From the NCBI RefSeq assembly GCF_018977255.1, contig NW_024704742.1:5396001-5460000 (forward strand): a stretch of 64,000 bases of DNA, read 5' to 3'. Of this stretch, positions 12,361 to 24,669 are shown in pieces. This DNA is from Callorhinchus milii (Eukaryota). Under the pieces are notes generated by a model. The model was given only the letters and a program-made list of their open reading frames with translations. It searched no databases and was not told where the DNA came from. Every line of letters starts with the position of its first letter. Position 1 is the first letter of the stretch. Made by a program: the position numbers and the translations under genes.

Positions 12361-14518
12361 TTAAATGCGGGTTGGCAAGAGTCCAGCCTAACCAAAACCG
12401 CATAGCTTGCCTTTGAGTACATTATTTAGCAAGATTCTTGCTGCTTGTCCAGTTAGAGCTGTCTTGTAGGATTAACAGGAATTGAAGGAGAAGAATCCCC
12501 GATCCCAGGTCTGCCCCTCCCAAGTCCTAACGCTAAGTCAGGCTGCACCAAAAGTGATACGAGAGATGTGGATCTGCCTGACTGGGGAGCCAGACAGCTG
12601 AGATCACACAAAGGGTTGACACAATTCCAACATTGTGTTGCCAAGCATGTCACCTTGGAGTCAGTTCAGTTCCTAGGAGACACCGCTTACCTCTCTCCCC
12701 CCCACCTACAAATTCTCTAAGAGCTTCCTTACGAGCAGCACAGCTCAGCATTTATGTGTGAAGCATAGCTACCACCTTCCTGGCCATAACTTGTCCACAC
12801 ATCCCTTGCCCTACCGAGCAATGGATCCACCGGTGGTGCTGTGCTTGAGCAGCGGCTGCTTATCTCCATATAAAATAATCAAGGTGGATTCCAAGCCCTG
12901 GATATTTGAATGTGTATTCATGAATTTGGTCTTCAGGTAACGTCTTCCAACGGTTGTCTCTCAAGCCTCAGAGTTTGCTCATCAGCTTTCCACCGGACAC
13001 CGGAAGCACCTTGAAATGACAGCCACATTGATGTTTGAGGTCTAACGCCACCTACCAGGCTTAATCAGCACCAGCTGCTTAATCCAGATCCTTCCGTGAG
13101 AGGATTTGGCAAACAACATGTCCACTCTGAAGCCAATTCCGCTTCTACGGGGCTCAGCAATGGGCCAATGTAGACTGGTGACCTCCCTCCCTGCAGTTGC
13201 CTCCTCTGTTTACTACCTCACTTCCACTGCATCGGCCCACTAACCACAAATCGTAGCACTTTACAGCATTTCCTGCGAAGCACTTAAAGATGTCTCGACC
13301 ACCTGATAAGGTGCTATATCGAATGCATCATTGCACCTTGTTCGCTTTAAAGAGAGGCAAGACCCAGAATGCCACACCCCCGACTCAGCATGTTCACACG
13401 AGGCAGTGTCCAAGCAAAAGTTGTGTCCAAATGGATAGATAACCTAAAATAGTCTCCAAATTCTAAACTCACTGAGTTCAACTCTTTCCGTTACTGTATT
13501 TTTCAGCAGGTTGATGGCCTGGATCCGAAATCTATGGGGAGGATGCGTTTGTTTTAAACATACATATTCTCTCTCGCTGTACCATTTTTTCCCCGACTTA
13601 TTCTCAGCACCTCCAACTGCGATAGAGCTAAAATTATCAACCTAATTGAACTGGAGCACGGTGAATACATTGCAATTTTGCTTCACAGAATTTACTGTAA
13701 AATGCAGTGATGATTTGTAAGTGAATGCTAGTGCTAATTGATCAGATCCACTTAATGTAATGTATGCATATTATAGATGATTATACTTTTATGTGTTAGT
13801 ATGACATCATAACTATAGATCAGTAACTGTTTAAGTAGCATACTATACCTTACAAATACTAAATCTTTGACACACTGCAGCAACATTTCAAAGTTATTTT
13901 TAAATAATTTGCTCCCTTAGGAGTGAAAGGTTGCTCTCTTCAAAAATTTTAATTTAATTTCAACAATGTTGTCACATGGTACCAAACATTAGTTAAAAAG
14001 GACTATAATCAAAGAGTAATTTAATCAAGTTGTAATCCAGAACCAGCTGCAATATTTTTGATTCTAAGTTGCGTGTGGCAAATAATCACAATCACAAGAG
14101 AAAATTAAAGGTAAAATTTATGTTGTGAGTCATTCTTTCAATGGAAGTATTGCATGTATTCAAGCCAGAGTGGAGAATCGGAGATAAAAATTCCTTTGCC
14201 CCAAAATATTTTCTTTCAGCTTATTCCTCAAATTCTTTGATATGATTTTTTTTTAGGAAAACAACAATTCTTCCACACAAATAATTGTACGAGTGGAAAC
14301 CTGATAGAAGGAAGAGATCAATTTTAAAATGCTAAACAATCCAGCCTCACTCTCCCCTCCCATCGGTCCGCCTAGTCAGGGTTTAGTGTATATCACACAG
14401 CAAGCCACACGCTTGTCACGTATTAAGAAGTGAATAACTGGAATAATAAATGCTATTTTAACCGGCAGTTGGTTCAGTTATATAGTTGGCATGCAAAGGT
14501 ACACTCAAATCCACTCAC

Positions 14519-14626
14519 TGTTTTGAGCCAGGGCTTGGAGCAAGCAGTCCAGGCACCCATCTATGCTATCTGATGCACAGTCAGCAGCTGTCAGCTTCAG
14601 TTTTTGTAGGGCATCACTTAGATTAT
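14519..14626 (-). CDS. RAP1GDS1: RAP1GDS1 exon 2 (108 nt)
   Basis: ttttctcaatcag|...|gtgagt. Encodes DNLSDALQKLKLTAADCASDSIDGCLDCLLQALAQN; recalled human sequence is DNLSDTLKKLKITAVDKTEDSLEGCLDCLLQALAQN. Confidence 0.96.
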
Positions 14627-14748
14627 CTGATTGAGAAAATAACAATAAATCAATTCAAATAGCTTTAAAGAAACTGAATTATACAAACACACAAAATGAA
14701 ATGCAAATTCAACAGATATCAATAGAGTTAATGTACAGCACTTATGTG

Positions 14749-14976
14749 ATTTTGGTAAGCCAGCTTTGACATGCAGAAACCCATCACCGTACTTGAGAAT
14801 ATTCAAGCTGGAACGAGTTCCACATATGTACGTCATATACACATGGAAATTTCCTTCCATCTAGAAATTTCCATGCGCAGGTAACCCATGCGAATGTGGA
14901 AACCTGACTGGTTTGGATACTCTTAAGCATGGTCATAGGATTCCACAAGGATCAATGATACCTGGCTTGACAAAAT
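14749..14976. repeat. Foldback (palindromic) family X element
   Basis: Outer inverted repeat 13/15 (14749-14763 / 14962-14976). Perfect 12-bp inner stem (14842-14853 / 14864-14875). Confidence 0.75.
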
Positions 14977-15174
14977 AATTTTGAAATGTAAATTTTAAAT
15001 GAAAATTCAACCAATACCAATAAAGATAATTTAGAATACTTACAAAAAAGCATTTACTAGCAATATTTGCTTTGGTCTTTCAATTGAAATGTCTTAAAAC
15101 TATCTATTTTTCTTTAAAAGACTAAACTTAAGAGCACATCACTACTTTTTCTTTTACAAAGCATATTTTCATCT

Positions 15175-15514
15175 TAATAATAATAATCCTTGCATTTGAT
15201 ATAGCGCTTTTCAAGTCGGGAGGACATCCCAAAGCGCTTCACAGAACACACTGTAAAGTGAATTGACTGCATAGTTGTGGGCGAAACGCGGCAGCCAATT
15301 GCGCACAGCAATGTCCCACAAACAGTCGTAGATTGAAAATGACCAATTTATTATTGTTTTTGGTTTTTGGAGGGATTATTATCAGGCTCTGTGTGGAGTA
15401 AGCAAACTTGCCCAAGGTTTCGCCCTCTGCCTGGAATTGAACCCAGGTCTCTCACTTGCAAAGCGAGTGCTCTAACCACTGAGCTACAGGACTCTACACA
15501 GAGCTACAGGACTC
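15175..15514 (-). mobile_element. tRNA SINE, subfamily with CTCCC tail loop; internal deletion and duplicated 5' end
   Basis: Tail ..GGATGTCCTCCCGACTTGAAAAGCGC... The segment gagctacaggactc is repeated at 15481 and 15501. Confidence 0.9.
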
Positions 15515-15927
15515 TTCTCTAATGAATGACTCTCCCCACTCTCAGCTTTTTTGCTCAGTTATAATTCTGTACGCATCAACAAAATTTTCATGTATGAATT
15601 TTGATGGAGTCAGCAGGCTATTTGACTGCAAAAGGCCAATCCTACATTCACTATGCTCGCCTGAAGTTCCACCTGGTCGTAGCCTTAAAAATCATGATCT
15701 CAAAGTTTAAATATTGATAGAATTTCAGGGCTCTGGCTATCAGCAGAAGTTTATAGATCACAATTAGGGGCAGAAATCCTGACTGCATTTTCCTCTATCT
15801 GCAGAGGAAAATTGTAGCACTTCAACCAACTCAAAGGATTTGCGGCTGGGACTTCCTGGTGTGTACAGTCTAGTGATGCGGTTCATGCCTCACAGCCATT
15901 AATAGGCCACCTGGGGCGCTTTGTGTT

Positions 15928-16360
15928 TTATCACACCAGTCCTTGCCAGGCTGCACTGGCTCCCAATCACCGAACAGATCGACTTCAAGATCCTCTCACT
16001 CGTTTCCAAATCCCTTCATGCCGTTGCACCTCCCTTCCTATCTGATTTGATATCCCCCACTCCCCCACCTGTTGCCTCCGCTCGGCCGGTTCCGGCTTCC
16101 TGTGCGTCCCTTGTCCCCTCCACCATCGGCGCCTGTGCTTTCAGCCACTACGCCCTGAAGCTCTGGAACTCCCTCCCTCAATCCCTCCGCCTTGCCCCCT
16201 CCCTACTTTCAAATCCCGCCTAAAGACTTTCCTTTTTGATCGTGCTTAAGGTGATCTCCCCCCTTCCTCTCCCCTTAGCTCGGGATCAGACTCCGCTGGT
16301 GTCAAGCGCTCCAAGACGCTACCCCACATGAGGGGCGCTATATAAGTGAAAGTTGTTGTT
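15928..16360 (+). mobile_element. L2 LINE 3' fragment (family B tail)
   Basis: ITPVLARLHWLPI..IDFKIL..LWNSLP, typical of the L2 ORF2 C-terminus, followed by a (GTT)n tail. Confidence 0.9.
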
Positions 16361-17433
16361 ATGGTAGAAATATTTGATTAAATAAATTCGTTAGCTTAAC
16401 TATTCCAGAGTTTTGGGTTTGATAACATGAACCATCAAAAACACAAATGTGTAAAGTAAACATTTGTGAAGCAATCACAATAAAAGAGTTATGAATTAGC
16501 CAAGTAATTTGGGGGGGGGCTGGGGGCTATTTATATACATACTATTTATAATCAGAATTGGCATCCCACACAGTTTGAATCTCAGCATTCATTGGACTCA
16601 TCATATTCAGACAGCACACATTCCAAACATTATGAGTACATACCATCAGCAAAAAAAAGTGAAACTGACCAGCCATCTGGCAGCTAAGTTGGAACCTACA
16701 CATCATCTTAATCGCAAAGCACAACTAAAACTGATTAGCATGCCTGTGTGTACTAGATGAAAACTGGTTCTAGTCCAGCATCTTAAAACACTCTTTCCCG
16801 CTAGTTAATTTGGTCATTTATCTCATGGTGAAATGCAGAATCTGTTGTGTTTGCCTACAAGTACACAATCAGCAGAAGCAGTGTTAATGTTAACCTAACA
16901 TTATGGGTACTATATCAAATGCAAGATTATTAGAATTCTCTCCTAGAGCAGGGAGGGTTAAAAAGCGAACCAAAGCGTTGAATATCCTATGACATTTTCT
17001 GGTTAGCTGGATGTCTGACATTAACCCATTACCATGTTACACACAAGTATGGCAAGAAAATATGGAAATTTCTCTGGGCCTGGACTCTATCCCTGGAGGG
17101 ACACACCAGCATACCTATTTCTGGAGAGTATTAAGCACAGGTTGGCAAGTGTGTGGTAGCATAGTGTGCTCATTCCAATAAGCCAAATTGACTGGTCTGT
17201 TATCTGAAGTGCCTTGGAGAACTGCGGACCCACCCAGCTCAAGATTCGGACCACTGAGCCTGCCACAAAAGGTTGACTAAGCCTGCCGCAGAAGGCGTTC
17301 ATTTGCTAAACACTTCACCTTGGATGACAGGTCAACCCCAAAGAGACCCCTCTTCCCCCAGGATAGTCACAAGTTTGTCAAATGAAATCAAACAAGAGCA
17401 GGTTTGAGTTCTAAATTGGTGGATTAACCTCCA

Positions 17434-17531
17434 AGTTTCTTGGTGAACAGGAAACTCACATGGAATATCCTCTTGCACCAATAGTTTCTTGGTGAACAGG
17501 AAACTCACATAGAATATCCTCTTGCACCAAT
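17434..17531. repeat. 49-bp tandem duplication (2 copies, 1 mismatch)
   Basis: agtttcttggtgaacaggaaactcacat[g/a]gaatatcctcttgcaccaat x2. Confidence 0.97.
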
Positions 17532-18094
17532 ATCCAGCAAAAATAAATTGCACACGATTTTGAAAGATTGAGAAGTCTACAATCACCACCTCGCAGAGTA
17601 ATAGGTTGAATGCTGGTAAGCAGATACCGGCACAGAATTGTTTTTCTTTTCATTGGGAAGCAATTATAAAATCAGAAAACAGAAGAGGTGATTTTGTCTG
17701 TTGAATATATGCTGATGCAAGATCTCCAATGGAGCTATACATTCTAATCCCAATTCATTTTCTCATATTTTTTCCTATTCAAATACTTCCCAATTCCCTT
17801 TTGAACATTATGCTCTCAAGCTCAATAGGCACTTGTAGCAAAAAATTACATTAAGTTCAATCCAATAACACTTTGAATGAAGCATTTCTTCTAATCTTCC
17901 CCTTGAAATTTCTGAATTGCCCTCTTGTTCTCTTGGCCAACCCTAAAGTACTGCTCTAGGTTTATTTTTTAATCCCATTTAAAAATTTCTACAATTCTAT
18001 ACTCCCAGCATCCTGTAATAGTTCCTTATACAACAATAAGATTTAAATTCCTTAGGGAGTGCAAGACCCAGCATAAAAAACACAATTCCACAAT

Positions 18095-18770
18095 TATCAT
18101 TTAAACAGCACCCTTCATAGTGGTGAGGTAGGGTATTGAGTAAGGGAGAAGCAGGTGGGGGAAAAGGTGACCATAGGCACGGTCAAAGAGATAGTTTTCA
18201 AAGTGAGATTTAGAGATAGAGGAGTGAGGTGGTAGGATAGAGACAAAAAGTTCTAGAGGTTAGGGGCATCATGCTGAAGGCTCAGCCACTAATGGTGAAG
18301 CAGCGGGTGCGAGGGACAGCAGCAAGCCACAAGGATGGCAGCAGGCCTGTGTTTGCTGAGAATCAGATACGAACAGATTAGTGGTAGGGAGAATTTGAAG
18401 GGTTTTATATGAAGATGAGGATCTTGAAATCAATCTATTTGGAGGCAAGGAGCCAGTGAAGCTTGATGAGGAATGGGAATGCAGAATTTGGTGTGGGTGA
18501 AATTTAGGCAGTGGAGTTCTGGATCAACTGGACCTTGCAAATGATAGAACTGATTTCTCAACTGCGTACTGATCAGTCAGGTCAGATTTGAGAACTTAAG
18601 GCAGAAGGTGACAAAATAGTGGGCGAGGGTTTCGGCAGCATTTGGTTCAATACAGGGGCGAAGGCAGGCAATGTGGTAGACGTGGAGTTAAGCAGCCTTG
18701 GTGAAAAAGACCGAATGCTGAGTAGGAAAGACAGCTGAGGATTGAACCGGATGTCGAGGCTGTGCACTCG
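18095..18770 (-). mobile_element. Old L2 3' fragment
   Basis: Decayed homology to the other L2 3' ends (HWL..IDFKIL region). Confidence 0.7.
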
Positions 18771-20159
18771 GTTGCACTGAGATTTAGCCAGCTATAGCGC
18801 TGTTGGTTTCCTTACCTACCTGTATGAAAACACATTGAAGTCTGGGGTGATGTGGCTTTCACAGAGCACCAACTCCAAAATGTTGTAACAATAAGCCGAG
18901 CCAATTTGGCTTAAAACACAAGGACTTGAATATAAACTCGATAACATTCATTCTTGTTAAAAATTATCTTCTAGCTTAAAAATAAGAATCCTATCCCACA
19001 AAGATTTCTAAGTTCCCTAGCATTTTCCCTGAAGAGAAGATTATGCATTTGTCAATTTTGCTCAACATGAACTGTCTTTTTCTGTCAGGAGAGGTTTGCT
19101 CAGCAGTATTAATTCACACCATCTTTGCACTAATACATCACACTACAGTACTTTTAAGTGCCAGGAAGTAAATAAAGGCAGCAGCACTGACAAATTAGCT
19201 AGAATACAAAAGAAAAAAATACTCAGATGTAGAATACAGGGAATTGAGGGGGAGGAAGAGGAGAAAGGAACAGAGTAGGAGGATTTCCATAGAAATCCTA
19301 CACATCTGTGTTAAAAGCTTTTAATGCAGTTTTGGTGCAGGAACATACTTCAACCATTCATGACTAACCAACATGACAACTTCTGAGTCAGCTGCAACAA
19401 AGCATAAAACCATTTACAAGTCCACTGTTCAGCAATTTTGGTTCATCTGTATGGATAAGCATTAAATTCTTCCCCAAACTAAACATTTAAAAAAAACACC
19501 CAGCAAGACTAATTCATGCTTGAAAACAAATGACCAACATATCAATTTCCTATGTAATTTGACCACAGAGGATAAATTAAGACTATTCACTTATCAGTGA
19601 GTCAGCAGTAAAAAGGTACAAATAATCCTTAAATTTGAAATAACATTTCACTAAATCATCAAAACATCTGAAAACACTTCACATGATTTACTGTAAAGTA
19701 TAATTACTGTATCTGTAGGCAAACACAGCATTCAATAGCTGAAGTAAATAATGAAGTAGAAACACTTCATCATTTACTAACAATACAGGTGGGGAAGCAC
19801 TGATCAGTTCCAATACCTAAACCAAAAGCAGTCCAACAGAGCGAATCAGTCAACTATGTGGGTTCTTGGAGGCAGTAAGTCAACTAATGATGGTAATGAA
19901 GGGGGAGGGGGCTTTGACAGCCTCCTTCAGAATGTGATTTTCCTCTTCCACTAAGTGACTAAGGACCACCTATGTCCTTTCCAAGACCTTTAGACCAGAG
20001 GGTTAGATTCTGTTGACAGCACTGTTCACTGAAGATGCGCTTGCAAAACAGATGTTTTGAAGCAGCCGTTGTTACAGTTCCAAAGGAAATCTCAAGTAGC
20101 TAGATGACTAGAAGGATCCCCCAAATTATAAAGCTCTCATTCAGACCATAATATAGTAT

Positions 20160-20390
20160 AATAATCCTTGCATTTGATTCAGTGACAAAATTATCATTTT
20201 TTTTAAAAAAGATTATCATCCCGGGAAAAGCGATCCCGCTAATCTATGAACAACCGGGTTCCTACTTACTGCTAAGTAAACAGAGGTGTATGGAGTAAGG
20301 AAGCTTGCCCAACATTTCGCCCTGCTGGGAATTGAGCCCAGGTCTCTCGCTTGCGAGGCGAGTGCTCTAACCACTGAATTACAGGACTCC
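20160..20390 (-). mobile_element. tRNA SINE with the 3' module deleted
   Basis: Intact head and 5' body joined almost directly to the extreme tail. Confidence 0.85.
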
Positions 20391-21159
20391 ACCATCCAAT
20401 GTAACAAGGTACCTGTTCCTCTACCTTATCTATATGCAGCTCATCTGTACATTTCCACTTGGTGACAGGTTGGTTTCCATATGATTATTAATGATACAAA
20501 ATTACCTCTGCGATTCAACCCTGGATTTCAAAACCGTTGCTGTTTTGACCCACTGCCTGTCACGTATCAAGTTCCACACGAGCCTCAACTTCAGTCAGTT
20601 CACGTTTACAAAAGTGAAACCATCTTGTTCAGTTCTTGAAATGCGTCAAACAGTTATTGTGAGTTTCGCTTTAAGAAAACTGCTGTCAAATGCAGGTGGC
20701 AGGCTGTTCTCAATGGTAAAGATCCTAAAAATACTGCTGATTTTTGAAAGAGAACCACTAGACTGTTCTTTTTTTAATATTCCAGCCTATGCAGAACTTC
20801 CAACATTTTGTTCAACCCTCAACTCTCCTTTAAATCTTTAATTCAAGCTCTGATAAAATCCAATTCCCTTCATCTCTAACATCCCAAACGCACAGCTGAA
20901 TCCCCATCCACACTTTTGTCACTTCGAGAATCAACTTTTCCAGCACCCTGCTCACCAGCCTGCTCAGATCTATCTCTATGAGCCCTAGTCCATCCAGAAC
21001 TCTGCAGCCGATAAGTAACGCACAATTCAGTAGTTTCTGCAAGAGAATCGCCTCCATTCTCGCTCAAACATTCACATGAGTCTAGCTAGGTAAGTCTGCG
21101 CTCAATGGCATAAATCAAGGAATATTCAATCATGAAAATGTATTTTGTTAACTGACCAT

Positions 21160-21500
21160 AAGGGCCATTCCTAGTAGATCAACTTCAAGATCTTCATCTA
21201 CACCTACAAATTCCTCCATGACCTTGTCCCACCCGACCTCTACCAACACTTGGGACCCAAGTGTAGCCTGCTTCATACCCCCGCCCGCACAACCCTCAGC
21301 GGGCAAGTTTTCAGACACGTTTCCCCGGCTCTCTGGAATTCTTCTGAAACCTCTGCATCTCACTCATCCCTTTGCTTTCAAAGCCAGTCCAACATCCTCT
21401 CCCGACCCCTCCTATCTCTGGCTTCCTCTCAGTCTTTACAAAGTAATTTCAGACAAATCTTCCTGCATGAAAGGTGCTCTACAAGTGCAATTTATTGTTG
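21160..21500 (+). mobile_element. Old L2 3' fragment
   Basis: gatcaacttcaagatc..ctctggaattc..tgaaaggtgctctacaagtgcaa tail. Confidence 0.7.
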
Positions 21501-21554
21501 GAAAGTTCCTGAAATTTAAATTTATGTTGGTATTTCAAACACAGTACCCAGCAA

Positions 21555-21945
21555 ATCCTTGTAGTTGATATAACACTTTATCACAACACACCTCAAAGCA
21601 CCTCGCAGTTTTCTGTAAGGTATAGCAATTGTATTTGTAAGTGCACATGACAGCCAATTTTGTGCACAGAAAAGCTCCACAAATAACCATGAAGTGAAGC
21701 GAATGATCAATTTTATCTGGGGAACTGTTGGCCACAGTAGGAGAAAGTCCCTTCTGTTTGAGTAATGCAATGAGATTGTCAACATCCACGTCCATCATTA
21801 GACAGGACCATAGTTTAACATCTCATTTGAAGGATGGCACCACTAACAGTGTAGCACTCCCCAATACCACATTGGAGTGTCAACCTAAAAACTGAATTCA
21901 AAGACTCTACACGAGGCTTGAACTCCCAACCTTTGGACTCGATGT
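21555..21945 (-). mobile_element. Older DeuSINE-type element
   Basis: Minus strand GACACTCCA.TG..GTA.TG.GGAGTGCT.CACTGT..GGTGCC.TC.TTC..ATGAGATGTTAAAC..CTGTGCACAAAATTGGCTG matches the recalled Deu domain. Confidence 0.7.
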
Positions 21946-23064
21946 GCTATTACTTACCTCGACTGACATACATTCTACAAATGCATCGACTCTTGGTAGA
22001 CGTGATTCTACTTATATCATAGTATGGTCCGAATCGTTTTTTTTGCCAAACCACGGCAAGAAATGTCCATCCATGAGATGGACATCCCGTAGAACTGAAT
22101 TTCAAAAACATCGTACGTGCAAAAGTAACCTTCTCCACGCAGTCAGCAATTATCCCTTTAACAGTTGAATGGATAATGTTGAGAGGATTATTCATCCACC
22201 TACTCTACAAGCCACACACGACTTGGCTGGGTTTTACTCAGCAATGCGGTTCAAAGGTTTTCATAAATAATTGCCCCGGGGGCAACCGTATTTGGCGATC
22301 ACACCAACCGGCTCGTGCAGACTGGCGAAAACATCCAAGACGTGAAGATACGAGACGAATGACACACGTTAAGTTTGAACGGCAATTTTTTTTAAGTAAA
22401 AAAAAACAAAAAACGGCCAAGCGGTTTGATTAACAGCCGCAGAAGACTAGAGACGGGGGCGATCTGGATGGAGATTCGGGTTTCTCCTCCTCCTCCTCGG
22501 GGGTGAGAGTGACTGGCACGCCCGGGGGTGGGCACGCCCGGGGGTGGGGGGGGGGGACAATCTTGCGCAAGCTGTCGACCAGGAGGAAGTGAGCACCGTG
22601 CACGGCACCGGGGGAGGGGGAGAGAGAGAGAGAGAGAGGAGGAAAGGCAACAAGACACAGATTATAAACTCGAGCAACTACGGTCCAGCCCCGACACCCA
22701 CCCACCCACCCCACCCCGGCGCTGCCGTGTCTGGCTGCCAAGCCACACCTAGTAAACGAACGCAACCCGCGTTAGCTCAATAACCAAACACATCAGTAAA
22801 AGCGAACGGAGGAGCGTTGCACGACCTGTATTTGTGCGCACGGACGCCATCTCCCCCCCAACCCCCACCCCTCCTCGACTGAGGAGCAATGCAACGCTCT
22901 CCTCTCTCTCTCTTTCTACACACACACACACACACAACCTCCTCTCCTCCCTGGACCAGCAGTGCTGCTGCGGACACCAGTGTTGGAACTGCTCAGCCTC
23001 AGCAGCAGCACCACCACCACCACCCCCCCGAGGGCCCGGCGGCGGTGGCAGCAGCTGGACTTAC

Positions 23065-23068
23065 CCAT
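23065..23068 (-). CDS. RAP1GDS1: RAP1GDS1 coding exon 1 (ATG+G only)
   Basis: Minus strand reads cagtcatcATGG|GTAAGT, a consensus donor inside the CpG island. No upstream ATG for about 580 nt. The G joins exon 2 to give M-D-N-L-S-D, as in vertebrate SmgGDS. Confidence 0.9.
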
Positions 23069-23579
23069 GATGACTGGGCGGCACCGACCTCACTCACGGC
23101 GGCGACAAGTCAAGTCAAGTGTCAGTCAGTCAGTCAGTCCCAGTCAGTGCCGGTCACTCAAGTCTTCCCTCCCTCCTCCTGTCCTGGCCAGGCCTGGGCG
23201 AGGCTTTTGACGCCTCCGGGTGACCGGGCGGGGGCGGGACGGGACGGGACGGGACTTTGCCGCACTGCACAGCGGTGGCCAAGGCCCCGGCGAGTGGAGA
23301 CGCGAGCGGGGCTCCGGTCGACGTCGGCGGAGGGAGAGGGAGGGAGGGAGAGGGAGGGCCCTGAGAACTCGACACACCGCGACCCGACCCGCCCCGCGGC
23401 TGCCACTGCTCACGCGGGCCGTTCGCTGTGTCGCCTGCCTGACAGCGCGGTGGGGTGGGGTCGGGCGGGTGAGAGAGGCTGCGACACACGAGCGAGCGAG
23501 CGAACGAACGCACAACGTGAAGAGACCGAGCTCGAGCCCCGGCCGTGACCAACTGCCGCGCACCACGGCCCGCCCCCTC

Positions 23580-23980
23580 CCTCCTATTGGTTCACCCGAC
23601 GTCACGTCTTGCCCGTCGCGGCTTCCGACTGGCTACTTGAGCTGCCACTCAACGCCATTTCCGGTCGTGGGCTTGCCCGTTCCCCTTTCCCCCACGCCGC
23701 CGCCGCTGCGCGCGCGCGCGCGCTTGAGCCGTTACAACTTCCTTCCGCTCCCTTCGAAAAGCACTGGGAGGAGCCACACGCCTTTCCCCCCGCCCCTTTT
23801 TTTTAAGTCTTCGCTGATTGGTCGCCTTGCCTCGCGCCACCCCGAGCCATGACGTGACCGCCGCGCCGTCGCCTCTTCTCTCCCAATTGGTCACTCGGGA
23901 TGCCAATCAAAGCGCTTTTTTGGGGGGGGGCGGGGCAGCGGGTTGGGTGGGCCCGCTGTGACGTCACCCATGACGTCTCG
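23580..23980. promoter_or_regulatory. TATA-less proximal promoter motif cluster
   Basis: CCAAT boxes at 23586, 23817, 23883-23890 (overlapping pair) and 23903. CRE or CRE-like sites at 23598, 23850, 23958-23967 (GTGACGTCAC) and 23971. YY1/ETS-type CGCCATTTCCGG at 23653-23664. GC box at 23927. (GC)8 at 23708-23723. Confidence 0.8.
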
Positions 23981-23989
23981 TGGGACCGG

Positions 23990-24665
23990 TGACGACGACG
24001 ACGACGACAACAGCGACTGCAGCAACAACAACTTGCACTCCCTCGTGCAGCGCCCTCCACGCAGGGCAGCGCCTCGCGGCGCCTCACCGTGGCCGAGCCC
24101 GACTCCGAGCCGTAACCACGGTCGCAGAGTAAGGTTTTCAGGCGGGACTTGAGAGAGAGATAGAGAGAAAGAGAGGGAGAGAGCGAGAGGGGGTGGAGCG
24201 GGAGAAGGTTCCGGAGTTTCGGGGGCGTGGTGCCTGAAAGCCCCCTCCGCCCCTCCGACAGGTTGTGGCGGAGGGCCTCGAGGGACGGGCAGGATGTCAG
24301 GCCCCCGGCGGCGCCAGTCGAGCGGAGGCGCCGACCGGGTGGTGGGTCGGGAGGTCGGGAGGTCGGGCGGGGGAGGCGGGGGAGGTTGGAGAGGGAGGGA
24401 GGTGTCAGGGAGTGAAGGGATTTGGACACGAGAGCGTGAGGGGATCTTGAAGTCGATCCGTTCGGTGACGGGGAGCCGGTGGAGGCCCCTGGGCCAGAAC
24501 TGGTGAGATGTGTGGGGGGGGGGGTCGGAGGGGGGGGGACGGAGTTTGGTCCGGGGTCAGTACGCGGGCGGCAGAGTTTTGAAGGAGTTGGTCTTGTGAA
24601 TGAGGTGGAGTTTGGGGGAGACCGGCGAGGAGTGGGTTGGAGTAAGCCAAGCGGGAGGTGACGGA
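23990..24665 (-). mobile_element. L2 3' fragment (family B), unusually GC/CpG-rich
   Basis: QNSAARVLT, SPVLAQ, SKSLHSLTP, LKSRLKTLLCDR, plus a modified tail. Confidence 0.8.
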
Positions 24666-24669
24666 CGCA

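Noticed and set aside
17434..17531. CRISPR-like repeat
   Set aside because: Only two abutting units, no spacers, vertebrate context.
20830..21095. 75-aa Leu-rich minus-strand ORF and a nearby plus-strand GTAAGT donor
   Set aside because: No recognisable homology, TTG/ATG start unsupported, no splice link to RAP1GDS1.
22392..24661. Many long overlapping ORFs (up to 219 aa)
   Set aside because: Low-complexity translations caused by stop-codon scarcity in the GC-rich island.
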